Below are positions 18,473 to 27,333 of a stretch of 64,000 bases of DNA, in pieces. This stretch comes from Escherichia coli. GTDB taxonomy: Bacteria; Pseudomonadota; Gammaproteobacteria; Enterobacterales; Enterobacteriaceae. The position numbers were made by a program, and so were the translations under genes. The notes under the pieces were generated by a model. The model did not search any database. It worked only from the letters and a program-made list of their open reading frames with translations, and had not been told where the DNA came from. The stretch is from the NCBI RefSeq assembly GCF_017348835.2, contig NZ_CP071375.1; one strand, given 5' to 3'. Within the stretch, counting starts at the first letter, position 1. Each line of letters opens with the position of its first letter.

Positions 18473-18826
18473 AGAGGCCACTTCCTAATGAAAAAGATAT
18501 ATATTATGGGGTGGAAATAGAAATACCATCTGGCAAAAGAATTCGCTTATCAAATCATTATCAGAATATAATACCATAATATTGATTATTAGCACTTTAT
18601 AATTATTGAATAAAAATATATTTTATGTAATTTTAAAACAAAGGATTATATTATGGGGCGATGGATACTCATGTCACGCCCCAAAATCAATGGAATTGAA
18701 CTAAACAGAAGGGATATAAACATCAGACAGGTTTACGTTACTATCAGGCATATCGCCTCAGAATCAGATGAAAACTATAAAGAAATATCTATTATGGTTT
18801 TAATATTTGTTGATAAGGATAGTAAC

Positions 18827-19393
18827 ATGAACATGACAAAAGGTGCACTCATCCTCAGCCTTTCATTTTTGCTTGCCGCATGTAGTTCAATTCCGCAAAA
18901 TATCAAAGGCAATAACCAACCTGATATTCAAAAAAGTTTTGTTGCTGTTCATAACCAGCCGGGGTTATATGTTGGTCAACAAGCGCGCTTTGGCGGGAAG
19001 GTTATCAACGTTATCAATGGCAAAACGGATACGTTGTTAGAAATCGCTGTATTACCGTTGGATAGCTATGCGAAACCTGATATTGAAGCCAACTATCAGG
19101 GCCGACTGCTCGCCAGACAAAGCGGCTTCCTTGATCCAGTGAACTATCGTAATCACTTTGTTACCATCCTCGGTACCATTCAGGGTGAACAACCCGGCTT
19201 TATCAATAAAGTCCCGTATAACTTCCTGGAAGTGAATATGCAGGGCATCCAGGTGTGGCATTTGAGAGAAGTGGTTAATACCACCTATAACCTGTGGGAT
19301 TACGGCTATGGTGCATTCTGGCCGGAACCGGGCTGGGGTGCGCCTTACTACACCAATGCGGTGAGTCAGGTAACACCTGAGCTGGTCAAATAA
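18827..19393 (+). CDS. slp: outer-membrane lipoprotein Slp (starvation/acid-induced)
   Basis: The ORF track starts at 18653. The ATG at 18827 gives 188 aa beginning MNMTKGALILSLSFLLAACSS (lipobox LAAC). Recognised as Slp. Confidence 0.93.
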   Translation: MNMTKGALILSLSFLLAACSSIPQNIKGNNQPDIQKSFVAVHNQPGLYVGQQARFGGKVINVINGKTDTLLEIAVLPLDSYAKPDIEANYQGRLLARQSGFLDPVNYRNHFVTILGTIQGEQPGFINKVPYNFLEVNMQGIQVWHLREVVNTTYNLWDYGYGAFWPEPGWGAPYYTNAVSQVTPELVK

Positions 19394-19548
19394 CACCACC
19401 GAAAGATGCAGATGCTTTCTCAGCATCTGCATCGTGCATTACATCAAATTAATACACAGCAAGCTAACTATTATTACTATAAGCCCTGTCCTGTTAATTA
19501 CCTTTGGCAAACTGATTATAAAGTTAATGTCCGCACCAGGAGTCGGTT

Positions 19549-20079
19549 ATGTTTCTTATAATTACCAGGGATACGATGTTCTTCACCGCGATGAAAAACA
19601 TTCTGAGTAAAGGTAATGTCGTTCATATACAGAACGAAGAAGAGATCGACGTAATGTTGCATCAGAATGCCTTCGTCATTATTGATACATTAATGAATAA
19701 TGTATTTCATTCTAATTTTCTCACTCAAATTGAACGATTAAAACCTGTCCATGTCATTATTTTCTCCCCCTTTAATATTAAACGCTGCCTGGGGAAAGTG
19801 CCGGTGACCTTTGTTCCGCGGACTATCACTATCATTGATTTTGTCGCACTCATCAATGGCAGTTACTGCTCTGTGCCTGAAGCGAATGTGTCACTTTCGC
19901 GCAAGCAACATCAGGTTCTGAGCTGCATTGCGAATCAAATGACAACGGAAGATATTCTGGAGAAACTGAAAATATCGCTAAAAACGTTCTACTGCCATAA
20001 ACACAATATCATGATGATCCTCAATCTTAAGCGGATCAATGAGCTGGTACGCCATCAGCATATTGATTATCTGGTATGA
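19549..20079 (+). CDS. dctR: LuxR-family transcriptional regulator DctR (YhiF)
   Basis: A 176-aa ORF with a C-terminal LuxR HTH (LSRKQHQVLSCIANQMTTEDILEKLKISLKTFYCHKHNIM). Recognised as YhiF/DctR. Confidence 0.9.
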   Translation: MFLIITRDTMFFTAMKNILSKGNVVHIQNEEEIDVMLHQNAFVIIDTLMNNVFHSNFLTQIERLKPVHVIIFSPFNIKRCLGKVPVTFVPRTITIIDFVALINGSYCSVPEANVSLSRKQHQVLSCIANQMTTEDILEKLKISLKTFYCHKHNIMMILNLKRINELVRHQHIDYLV

Positions 20080-20139
20080 ACGATTGATCAATATAAAGAG
20101 GCCCAGCAATAAATAGCCAGACCTCCCGTTAATTATACG

Positions 20140-21168
20140 TTATGCAGCAACGCCTTCCGGTATCAGCGAAGCAATTTGCTTACGCCATTGCGCTTGCTCC
20201 TGTTCGCCTTCTGTACGTTGACCATAAAGTTGCGCTATCTGCGTACCATCATGGGCAAACAATTCCAGACTGGTTACGTAGCCATCGCTGGTCGGTTTAC
20301 GGGTAACCCAGGCTTCAGCAATGCTCTCTTCTAATAGATGAAGAGTAAACGTCGGGTTGAAAATATTCAGCCAACCTTTCATTGGCACCACTTTTTCTAC
20401 CACACCGGTGAAAATCTGTACGCAGCCACGGTTGCCAACAAACACCATGATTTCATTACCATCCTGCTGTGCAGATTCAAGAATTTGCGCCAACGCACTG
20501 TTGGATACTTTGCAGGCCAAATCGTCCGCCACCAGATTGAACGCCTGTTGGCGCGTCAGGTTGTGGCGCTTGAGCAACGTAAAAAACTGATGAACGTCGG
20601 TCATCGCCCGCCACTCTTGCTCGACCACACTGGCATCGACTCGCGTTTGAACAACTGGCGCATCAACGGCTTTTAACTCAAGCGGCGTATTCTCATCGGT
20701 GATAAACCGTGCCAGAAGCTCACTCCATGCCGCCATATCGGTATTGTCGGTGGCATAAACTTTTAGTAATGCATCGCCCTGATGATCAAAGAACTGAATA
20801 CTTTGGCGTTCGCCACGAGCCGTGTTTTCTTTGATGTGGAAAACACTGGCCCATTGATTGAGAAACAGACGTAAATCCAGCGCGCGTGGATTGAGGATCA
20901 ATCCGGCATGTCCGTTCAAATGCTGGTTTGTGAACGCACCAACTTGCTCATGGACTGCATATTCATTACGGCAAATACATTTGGTCTCGCCAACACTTTC
21001 GAGCGCCGCCAGAATTTCACGGATATCGCCGCGCATCCGCCACGCATCGTGCGTGACGCGTGCAAATGCCAGTTCTGCTTCTCTAATATTCATTAACCCT
21101 GCGATGTCACGCGCGTACTTTCCGGGATTTTGTTCTTTTAACTCAAGCCAGCGTGTGTAGTGGTTCAT
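20140..21168 (-). CDS. chuS: cytoplasmic heme-degrading / heme-trafficking protein ChuS
   Basis: A 342-aa ORF, MNHYTRWLELKEQNPGKYARDIAGLMNIREAELAFARV..., recognised as ChuS/ShuS. Confidence 0.93.
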   Translation of the reverse strand: MNHYTRWLELKEQNPGKYARDIAGLMNIREAELAFARVTHDAWRMRGDIREILAALESVGETKCICRNEYAVHEQVGAFTNQHLNGHAGLILNPRALDLRLFLNQWASVFHIKENTARGERQSIQFFDHQGDALLKVYATDNTDMAAWSELLARFITDENTPLELKAVDAPVVQTRVDASVVEQEWRAMTDVHQFFTLLKRHNLTRQQAFNLVADDLACKVSNSALAQILESAQQDGNEIMVFVGNRGCVQIFTGVVEKVVPMKGWLNIFNPTFTLHLLEESIAEAWVTRKPTSDGYVTSLELFAHDGTQIAQLYGQRTEGEQEQAQWRKQIASLIPEGVAA

Positions 21169-21216
21169 TGTCTCTCTTCCTTCCAGATAAATGCCCCTAA
21201 ATATCGGGGCAGATGA

Positions 21217-23199
21217 TTACCATTGATAACTCACGAAAATTTTTCCGTTACGACCATCCTGTGGGATGCCTTGCGGCGACCAGTACTCTTTGTCGAAAGC
21301 GTTACCCAACACCAAAGTAGTGGTCATACCTTTGAGCGCCTGTTGTCCTTGATAACTGACGTAGAAATCATTCACGCCATAGCCTGGTTGTTTGCTGTAA
21401 CTGCTGCTGATATGTGTTGAGCGATCGGCAAACGTACCAACCCACCCAACAGAGAAGCCACTGTGAGCGATCGGAATATTCAGGGTGCTGGTAACGGTAT
21501 CCGGGTTAATGCTGGAGATGTATTCGCCGGTATCGGTGTCTTTGCCGCGGGTACGGTTATAGGCCACATCAAGGCTAAACAGATCAGTGGTATATTTCGT
21601 CATCACATCCCAGCCCCAGATTTTGGCGTTCGGGACGTTATACGACATAGTCGTCGCCGCCGCGAAATCGACGGTCGTGGAGATGTAATCCTTCGCTTTG
21701 GTATCAAAGTAGCTGGCTTTAAATTCCAGAGCATCATTGGACAACATCAGGTCATCAAAACGCAGCCCAAAACCGTACTCCTGAGTTTCGTTAGTTTCCG
21801 GACGTAAGTTCGGGTTTGACACCCAATAGTTGGTATAGAAGCGACCAATCGAGAAGTGCTTAGAATCGTTATACATTTCGCCCATCGTCGGGGCGCGGAA
21901 TGCCTGGGCATATGAGCCAAATAACATCAGCCAGTTAGTCGGATTGATAGTCATCCCCGCACGAGATGACCATTTGTCGGCATCAACATCTTTGTAACCG
22001 TCACTGCTACCGCGATAACTGTCATAGCGGGTTCCGCCAAGCAGGGTAATCGGCAGATCGCGTAAGGTGATCTCATCCTGTAGCCAGCCGGAGCTAAAAT
22101 CGATTTTTGCTTGCGGGAAGCCCGTCGTCGCGCCGCCCGGATGTTGTTCCTGACGATAATACTCACCGCCATATGTCAGTAAGTGAGAAGCGAAACTGTC
22201 GGCAAAGAGAGTGGAACGGTTCTCCAGCCTGGCTCCTTTTGTTATCTGTTCACGATACTCGCCGGAACTCCCCGTGTTTTGCGCATTAATACGGACTTCC
22301 GACCAATAAATTTTTGCATCTGCATTTAACCAGTCGTTGCCCTGCGGGGCGAGTTTATAAGAAAGCTGCGCATCGCGTTGAATTGTTGAACGATCAACCA
22401 TCGGGTTGCTGCTTTCAGAAGCCTCAACGGTCTGCGGATTTTTTGGTTCACGCGCGTCGTTGTTGTAGTAACGCACTAAACCGCTCAGAGACTGGGCTGA
22501 ATCAATTTGCCAGGTCCCTTTCGCCAGCATGTTATTAATGGACTCGTCATTCGGCGCGGTTTCACCATTGCTCTGGCGTAAATCACCCCGATCGCGACTG
22601 GACCAGGCCACAATACCATCCAGATTTTCAGTTCGCCCAAACGCGCTCGCGCCTAATCCCAGGCTATGGTCCCCCGTGCCGCCAGTACCAAAGACACGAA
22701 AACCACTGCTTTGTCCTTCCTGCAATAAATCTTTTGCATCGACCGTATCGTAGGAGATCACTCCACCCAGCGCGCCACTGCCATACAGTAATGCTGAAGG
22801 TCCGCGAACAATCTCAACACGCTTGATCAGCGCCGGATCGAGAAAAGTGCCATTCAGGTGTCCGGTATCCGTTCCCTGGCGAACACCATCGATAAGAACC
22901 AGCACGCCGCGATGATCATAGCCACGCATATTTACATCCTGACCGTTGGTTCGTCCGGTACCATCCAGAGTAATTCCAGGAACATGACGCAGCAGATCGG
23001 TGGCTGAAGTAGCCGTTTGATTTTCAGGAGCGGAAGTGTCGATGACGCTGACCATCATAGGCGCTTCGAAGGAACTACGGGCATTCCCCGTTGCCGTAAC
23101 GGTCATGGTTTCAGTAGCAAAAGCAAACGTTGGCAAGGTGGCAGAAACAGCCAAGGCCAATAAACTCAAACGCAACGAGGTAAATTGCGGACGTGACAT
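21217..23199 (-). CDS. chuA: TonB-dependent outer-membrane heme/hemoglobin receptor ChuA
   Basis: A 660-aa ORF with a signal peptide, a TonB box-like ETMTVTA and a C-terminal ...KIFVSYQW ending in an aromatic residue. Recognised as ChuA/ShuA. Confidence 0.95.
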   Translation of the reverse strand: MSRPQFTSLRLSLLALAVSATLPTFAFATETMTVTATGNARSSFEAPMMVSVIDTSAPENQTATSATDLLRHVPGITLDGTGRTNGQDVNMRGYDHRGVLVLIDGVRQGTDTGHLNGTFLDPALIKRVEIVRGPSALLYGSGALGGVISYDTVDAKDLLQEGQSSGFRVFGTGGTGDHSLGLGASAFGRTENLDGIVAWSSRDRGDLRQSNGETAPNDESINNMLAKGTWQIDSAQSLSGLVRYYNNDAREPKNPQTVEASESSNPMVDRSTIQRDAQLSYKLAPQGNDWLNADAKIYWSEVRINAQNTGSSGEYREQITKGARLENRSTLFADSFASHLLTYGGEYYRQEQHPGGATTGFPQAKIDFSSGWLQDEITLRDLPITLLGGTRYDSYRGSSDGYKDVDADKWSSRAGMTINPTNWLMLFGSYAQAFRAPTMGEMYNDSKHFSIGRFYTNYWVSNPNLRPETNETQEYGFGLRFDDLMLSNDALEFKASYFDTKAKDYISTTVDFAAATTMSYNVPNAKIWGWDVMTKYTTDLFSLDVAYNRTRGKDTDTGEYISSINPDTVTSTLNIPIAHSGFSVGWVGTFADRSTHISSSYSKQPGYGVNDFYVSYQGQQALKGMTTTLVLGNAFDKEYWSPQGIPQDGRNGKIFVSYQW

Positions 23200-23204
23200 A
23201 GCGA

Positions 23205-23220
23205 TTCTCCATGAGGAAAA
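23205..23220 (-). promoter_or_regulatory. FourU-type RNA thermometer hairpin occluding the chuA Shine-Dalgarno
   Basis: The minus-strand RNA reads UUUUCC-UCAU-GGAGAA, with the GGAGAA SD 5 nt upstream of the chuA AUG. Six pairs form, including U-G. This matches the published shuA/chuA FourU thermometer concept. Confidence 0.6.
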
Positions 23221-23488
23221 TAAAAAATGCTGGCTGCCTGGGTTAATACCGGGGTGGCTGGCGAAAAATAAATTTATTTAAAATTCAGAGCGATAATATT
23301 CGCCGGGTGAGTTTACAGGCGTTTATATCCCATGAAATTGCCTGATAACTCGGCAATTACGCAAAAGCACGCCCTCTTTGTCAGGCAAAACGATATGCCC
23401 CATCAGGAGTGAAGAGAGCTGTGCGTTATCCCTTGCAAATGCTATGGTTTTGTTATCCATATGGTCGTGTTTTGTTAAATGCAAACGT

Positions 23489-23507
23489 GATAATGAGAAT
23501 TATTATC
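23489..23507. promoter_or_regulatory. Fur box (chuA promoter)
   Basis: GATAATGAGAATTATTATC matches the Fur consensus GATAATGATAATCATTATC at 17 of 19 positions. It lies about 290 nt upstream of the chuA ATG, which implies a long leader. Confidence 0.8.
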
Positions 23508-23833
23508 GATCAATTTTTTATGATCAAGTTTTTTTTTAACCACCATTAACACAATAAACAGGGGGTTATGAAACCTATCCTGCGCCCTGTAAACCACCTT
23601 GTTTTTATGGTTATCCCCCCATGCCTCATCACTAAATTTTGTCGTTAACAGTGATAATTTTTTCTTCTCTTTGCTCTGCAAGCCTCGATATCTCTGGGTT
23701 CTCAGCTTTTTCCTGCGATGAAATTTAGTCGGTAACAAGAACGTTAGCTGACGAAGCATCTTGATAAAAATCAAAAATAAATACGCTTGTAACGCCTTGC
23801 GTATTGAATCGACGGTTGTATTTCATATATAAC

Positions 23834-23856
23834 TCAAATGATAATCATGATCATTC
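23834..23856. promoter_or_regulatory. Fur box (chuTWXYUV promoter)
   Basis: TCAAATGATAATCATGATCATTC contains the 11-nt core ATGATAATCAT and matches the consensus at about 15 of 19 positions. It lies just upstream of the chuT ATG at 23882. Confidence 0.75.
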
Positions 23857-23881
23857 TCAATTTGATAAGAGTTCTCATATT

Positions 23882-24796
23882 ATGCCAAGGATCATCACCA
23901 GGCCGTTTCTTTTTTCCCCACTGACGTTATGTATTTCAGCCGTGGCCTCTGCCGCGAAGAGCACGGTAAAACGAAAAAAATTGTTTACGGCAGTACTGGC
24001 TCTTAGCTGGGCTTTTAGCGTAACGGCTGCCGAACGTATCGTGGTCGCAGGAGGATCGCTGACGGAGCTAATCTACGCGATGGGCGCTGGCGAACGCGTG
24101 GTTGGTGTCGATGAAACGACATCTTATCCACCAGAAACCGCCAAACTGCCGCATATTGGCTACTGGAAACAACTCAGCAGCGAAGGCATTTTGTCACTTC
24201 GCCCGGATAGCGTAATTACCTGGCAGGATGCTGGACCGCAAATTGTGCTCGACCAACTACGGGCGCAGAAAGTCAACGTCGTTACCCTGCCGCGTGTGCC
24301 TGCCACCCTTGAGCAGATGTACGCCAACATTCGCCAACTGGCAAAAACGTTACAGGTTCCTGAACAAGGGGACGCGCTGGTGATACAGATCAACCAACGC
24401 CTGGAGCGAGTACAGCAAAACGTGGCAGCCAAAAAAGCCCCGGTTAAAGCCATGTTTATTCTCTCCGCAGGCGGAAGTGCGCCACAAGTTGCCGGTAAAG
24501 GCAGCGTCGCGGACGCCATTCTTTCGCTTGCCGGAGCAGAAAACGTCGCTACCCACCAGCAGTACAAAAGCTACAGTGCAGAATCACTGATTGCGGCTAA
24601 CCCTGAAGTGATTGTCATAACCTCACAAATGGTCGATGGCGATATTAATCGGCTACGTTCTATTGCTGGAATTACCCACACTGCCGCATGGAAAAACCAG
24701 CGCATTATCACCGTTGATCAAAACCTGATTCTGGGAATGGGTCCGCGTATTGCTGATGTCGTTGAGTCTTTACACCAGCAGCTTTGGCCGCAATAA
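23882..24796 (+). CDS. chuT: periplasmic heme-binding protein ChuT (ABC substrate-binding, class III)
   Basis: The ORF track starts at 23804, but that start lies upstream of and across the Fur box. I use the ATG at 23882. An in-frame GTG at 23942 would give a more canonical signal peptide (..KRKKLFTAVLALSWAFSVTA/AE). The mature part is recognised as ChuT/ShuT. Confidence 0.85.
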   Translation: MPRIITRPFLFSPLTLCISAVASAAKSTVKRKKLFTAVLALSWAFSVTAAERIVVAGGSLTELIYAMGAGERVVGVDETTSYPPETAKLPHIGYWKQLSSEGILSLRPDSVITWQDAGPQIVLDQLRAQKVNVVTLPRVPATLEQMYANIRQLAKTLQVPEQGDALVIQINQRLERVQQNVAAKKAPVKAMFILSAGGSAPQVAGKGSVADAILSLAGAENVATHQQYKSYSAESLIAANPEVIVITSQMVDGDINRLRSIAGITHTAAWKNQRIITVDQNLILGMGPRIADVVESLHQQLWPQ

Positions 24797-24815
24797 ATGG
24801 ATTTAAATCAGACGA

Positions 24816-26153
24816 ATGAACGCAAATAACACCCTGGATCTCACGCCACATTTTGCTTTAGACGGTGATCAGCCATTTAAAGACAGGCGCGCCATGATGC
24901 CGTTTCGTGGAGCCATTCCGGTTGCCAAAGAGCAACTGGCACAGACCTGGCAAGAGATGATCAATCAAACGGTATCACCACGTAAGCGACTGGTTTACCT
25001 ACACATTCCTTTTTGTGCGACACACTGCACGTTTTGTGGCTTTTATCAGAACCGTTTTAATGAAGATGCGTGTGCTGATTATACCGACGCCCTGATTCGT
25101 GAAATAGAAATGGAAGCGGACAGCGTATTGCATCAGTCTGCCCCCATCCACGCGGTCTATTTCGGTGGCGGCACGCCTTCCGCGCTTTCGGCACACGATT
25201 TGGCCAGAATTATCAACACATTACGAGAAAAGCTGCCACTGGCCCCTGATTGTGAAATCACTATCGAAGGCCGGGTACTGAATTTTGACGCTGAGCGAAT
25301 CGATGCTTGTCTTGATGCAGGAGCAAACCGCTTCTCAATTGGTATCCAGTCGTTTAACAGCAAAATCCGCAAGAAAATGGCCCGCACCTCGGATGGCCCA
25401 ACCGCCATTGCGTTTATGGAAAGCCTGGTCAAACGTGACCGTGCTGCGGTGGTCTGTGACCTGCTGTTTGGCCTGCCGGGTCAGGATGCGCAAACCTGGG
25501 GAGAAGATCTGGCTATTGCCCGCGATATCGGTCTCGATGGCGTCGATCTCTATGCGCTCAATGTCCTGCCCAATACACCGCTGGGCAAAGCCGTGGAAAA
25601 TGGGCGTACTACCGTGCCCTCTCCGGCAGAACGTCGCGATCTTTATCTGCAAGGGTGTGACTTCATGGACGAAGCCGGTTGGCGCTGTATTAGTAACAGC
25701 CACTGGGGCCGTACCACACGCGAACGCAATCTCTATAACCTGCTGATAAAACAAGGTGCCGATTGTCTGGCCTTTGGTTCCGGAGCCGGCGGTTCGATTA
25801 ATGGTTACTCCTGGATGAACGAACGCAATCTTCAGACCTGGCATGAATCCGTCGCGGCAGGCAAAAAACCGCTGATAATGATCATGCGTAACGCCGAACG
25901 TAATGCGCAATGGCGTCATACCTTGCAGTCAGGTGTTGAAACAGCGCGTGTACCGCTGGATGAACTTACGCCACATGCCGAAAAACTCGCGCCGTTACTG
26001 GCTCAATGGCACCAAAAAGGCTTAAGTCGCGATGCTTCAACTTGCCTGCGGCTGACTAATGAAGGTCGTTTCTGGGCAAGCAATATTTTGCAGTCTCTTA
26101 ATGAACTAATTCAGGTACTTAATGCGCCAGCGATTGTGCGTGAAAAACCATAA
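24816..26153 (+). CDS. chuW: radical SAM anaerobic heme-degrading methyltransferase ChuW (HemN-like)
   Basis: A 445-aa ORF with the CxxxCxxC cluster motif (PFCATHCTFCGF). Recognised as ChuW/HutW. Confidence 0.92.
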   Translation: MNANNTLDLTPHFALDGDQPFKDRRAMMPFRGAIPVAKEQLAQTWQEMINQTVSPRKRLVYLHIPFCATHCTFCGFYQNRFNEDACADYTDALIREIEMEADSVLHQSAPIHAVYFGGGTPSALSAHDLARIINTLREKLPLAPDCEITIEGRVLNFDAERIDACLDAGANRFSIGIQSFNSKIRKKMARTSDGPTAIAFMESLVKRDRAAVVCDLLFGLPGQDAQTWGEDLAIARDIGLDGVDLYALNVLPNTPLGKAVENGRTTVPSPAERRDLYLQGCDFMDEAGWRCISNSHWGRTTRERNLYNLLIKQGADCLAFGSGAGGSINGYSWMNERNLQTWHESVAAGKKPLIMIMRNAERNAQWRHTLQSGVETARVPLDELTPHAEKLAPLLAQWHQKGLSRDASTCLRLTNEGRFWASNILQSLNELIQVLNAPAIVREKP

Positions 26154-26165
26154 CAGGAGTGATTT

Positions 26166-26660
26166 ATGAGCCATGTCTCGTTACAAGAATTTTTGAAAAC
26201 GGAGCCGGACGGTACGCTGGAGGTGGTAGCCGAACAATACAACACCACACTGCTGGAGGTAGTGAGAAATCTACCCTCCTCTACCGTAGTGCCAGGCGAT
26301 AAATTCGATACTGTCTGGGATACCGTCTGCGAATGGGGCAACGTCACCACGTTAGTACATACTGCCGATGTAATCCTCGAATTTAGCGGCGAACTGCCTT
26401 CGGGTTTCCATCGCCACGGCTATTTCAACCTACGCGGAAAGCACGGCATGTCCGGGCATATCAAAGCAGAAAACTGCACGCATATTGCCTTAATCGAACG
26501 TAAATTTATGGGCATGGACACCGCGTCCATTCTCTTTTTCAACAAAGAAGGCAGCGCCATGCTGAAAATCTTCCTCGGCAGGGATGACCATCGTCAGCTC
26601 CTGAGCGAACAAGTCAGCGCCTTCCATACTCTGGCGGCATCGTTAAAGGAACACGCCTGA
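26166..26660 (+). CDS. chuX: heme-binding protein ChuX
   Basis: A 164-aa ORF recognised as ChuX/ShuX (HutX family). Confidence 0.9.
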   Translation: MSHVSLQEFLKTEPDGTLEVVAEQYNTTLLEVVRNLPSSTVVPGDKFDTVWDTVCEWGNVTTLVHTADVILEFSGELPSGFHRHGYFNLRGKHGMSGHIKAENCTHIALIERKFMGMDTASILFFNKEGSAMLKIFLGRDDHRQLLSEQVSAFHTLAASLKEHA

Positions 26661-27283
26661 TGACGCCGTGGCTACTCTTTGGCGCAGGCGGAAAAGGTGT
26701 GGGTGCCAGAACGCTTGAACTGGCACTGGCGGAACAACGTCCGGTCGTTGCTGTCATTCGTCATGCCGATGCCGCCACGAAACTGGCGCAACAAGGCGTA
26801 CAGGTTTTTACAGGCGACGCCTGTGATGCCAGCGTAGTCGCGGCTGCTTGCCGCGCAGCTGGCCCGGATGCGCTTATCATCTCAACAATGGGAGGAGCTC
26901 AGGATTATCTGGCGCACAGAACAGTGATTGATGAGGCCGAAAAGGCAGGCATCAGTCGCATGATTCTGGTGACTTCTTTGGGATGCGGCGATAGTTGGCC
27001 GTTCTTATCGGATCGGGCAAAAGCCGCGTTTGGTCAGGCGGTGCGCGAAAAGACACTGGCGGAAAGCTGGCTGCAAACCAGCCAGCTAGACTACGCCATT
27101 CTCCGCCCTGGTGGTCTGCTTGACGGCGCAGCAACAGGCAAAGCACAACGGGTACAAAATCAGGAGTGTCATGGTTTTGTCCGCCGTGCCGATGTCGCTG
27201 CACACATTCATGAACTGGCAAACGCGCCAGCACTCAACAAGCAGATCTACAGTCTGATTGAACCTGACCTGAAACCGGCGTAA
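26660..27283 (+). CDS. chuY: NAD(P)H-dependent anaerobilin reductase ChuY
   Basis: A 207-aa ORF with an N-terminal Rossmann-like LLFGAGGKGVGAR. Its start overlaps the chuX stop (TGATG). Recognised as ChuY. Confidence 0.9.
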   Translation: MTPWLLFGAGGKGVGARTLELALAEQRPVVAVIRHADAATKLAQQGVQVFTGDACDASVVAAACRAAGPDALIISTMGGAQDYLAHRTVIDEAEKAGISRMILVTSLGCGDSWPFLSDRAKAAFGQAVREKTLAESWLQTSQLDYAILRPGGLLDGAATGKAQRVQNQECHGFVRRADVAAHIHELANAPALNKQIYSLIEPDLKPA

Positions 27284-27333
27284 TCCCATGCGGCGCAGAC
27301 TCTCCGCGCCGCAACGTCATAACGGAGTTTTGC

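Noticed and set aside
19405-19433. A perfect 12-bp hairpin (GATGCAGATGCT-TTCTC-AGCATCTGCATC) after slp that might be called a terminator.
   Set aside because: No U tract follows, and dctR lies downstream in the same orientation, so slp and dctR are likely co-transcribed. I note it as a possible processing or partial attenuation element but do not call it a terminator.
23475-23774. A 99-codon lysine/arginine-rich ORF on the minus strand in the chuA-chuT intergenic spacer.
   Set aside because: It has no SD and a low-complexity basic composition typical of translated AT-rich DNA. Its 3' end overlaps the chuA Fur box and promoter. I keep the spacer as an open question but do not call this ORF a gene.
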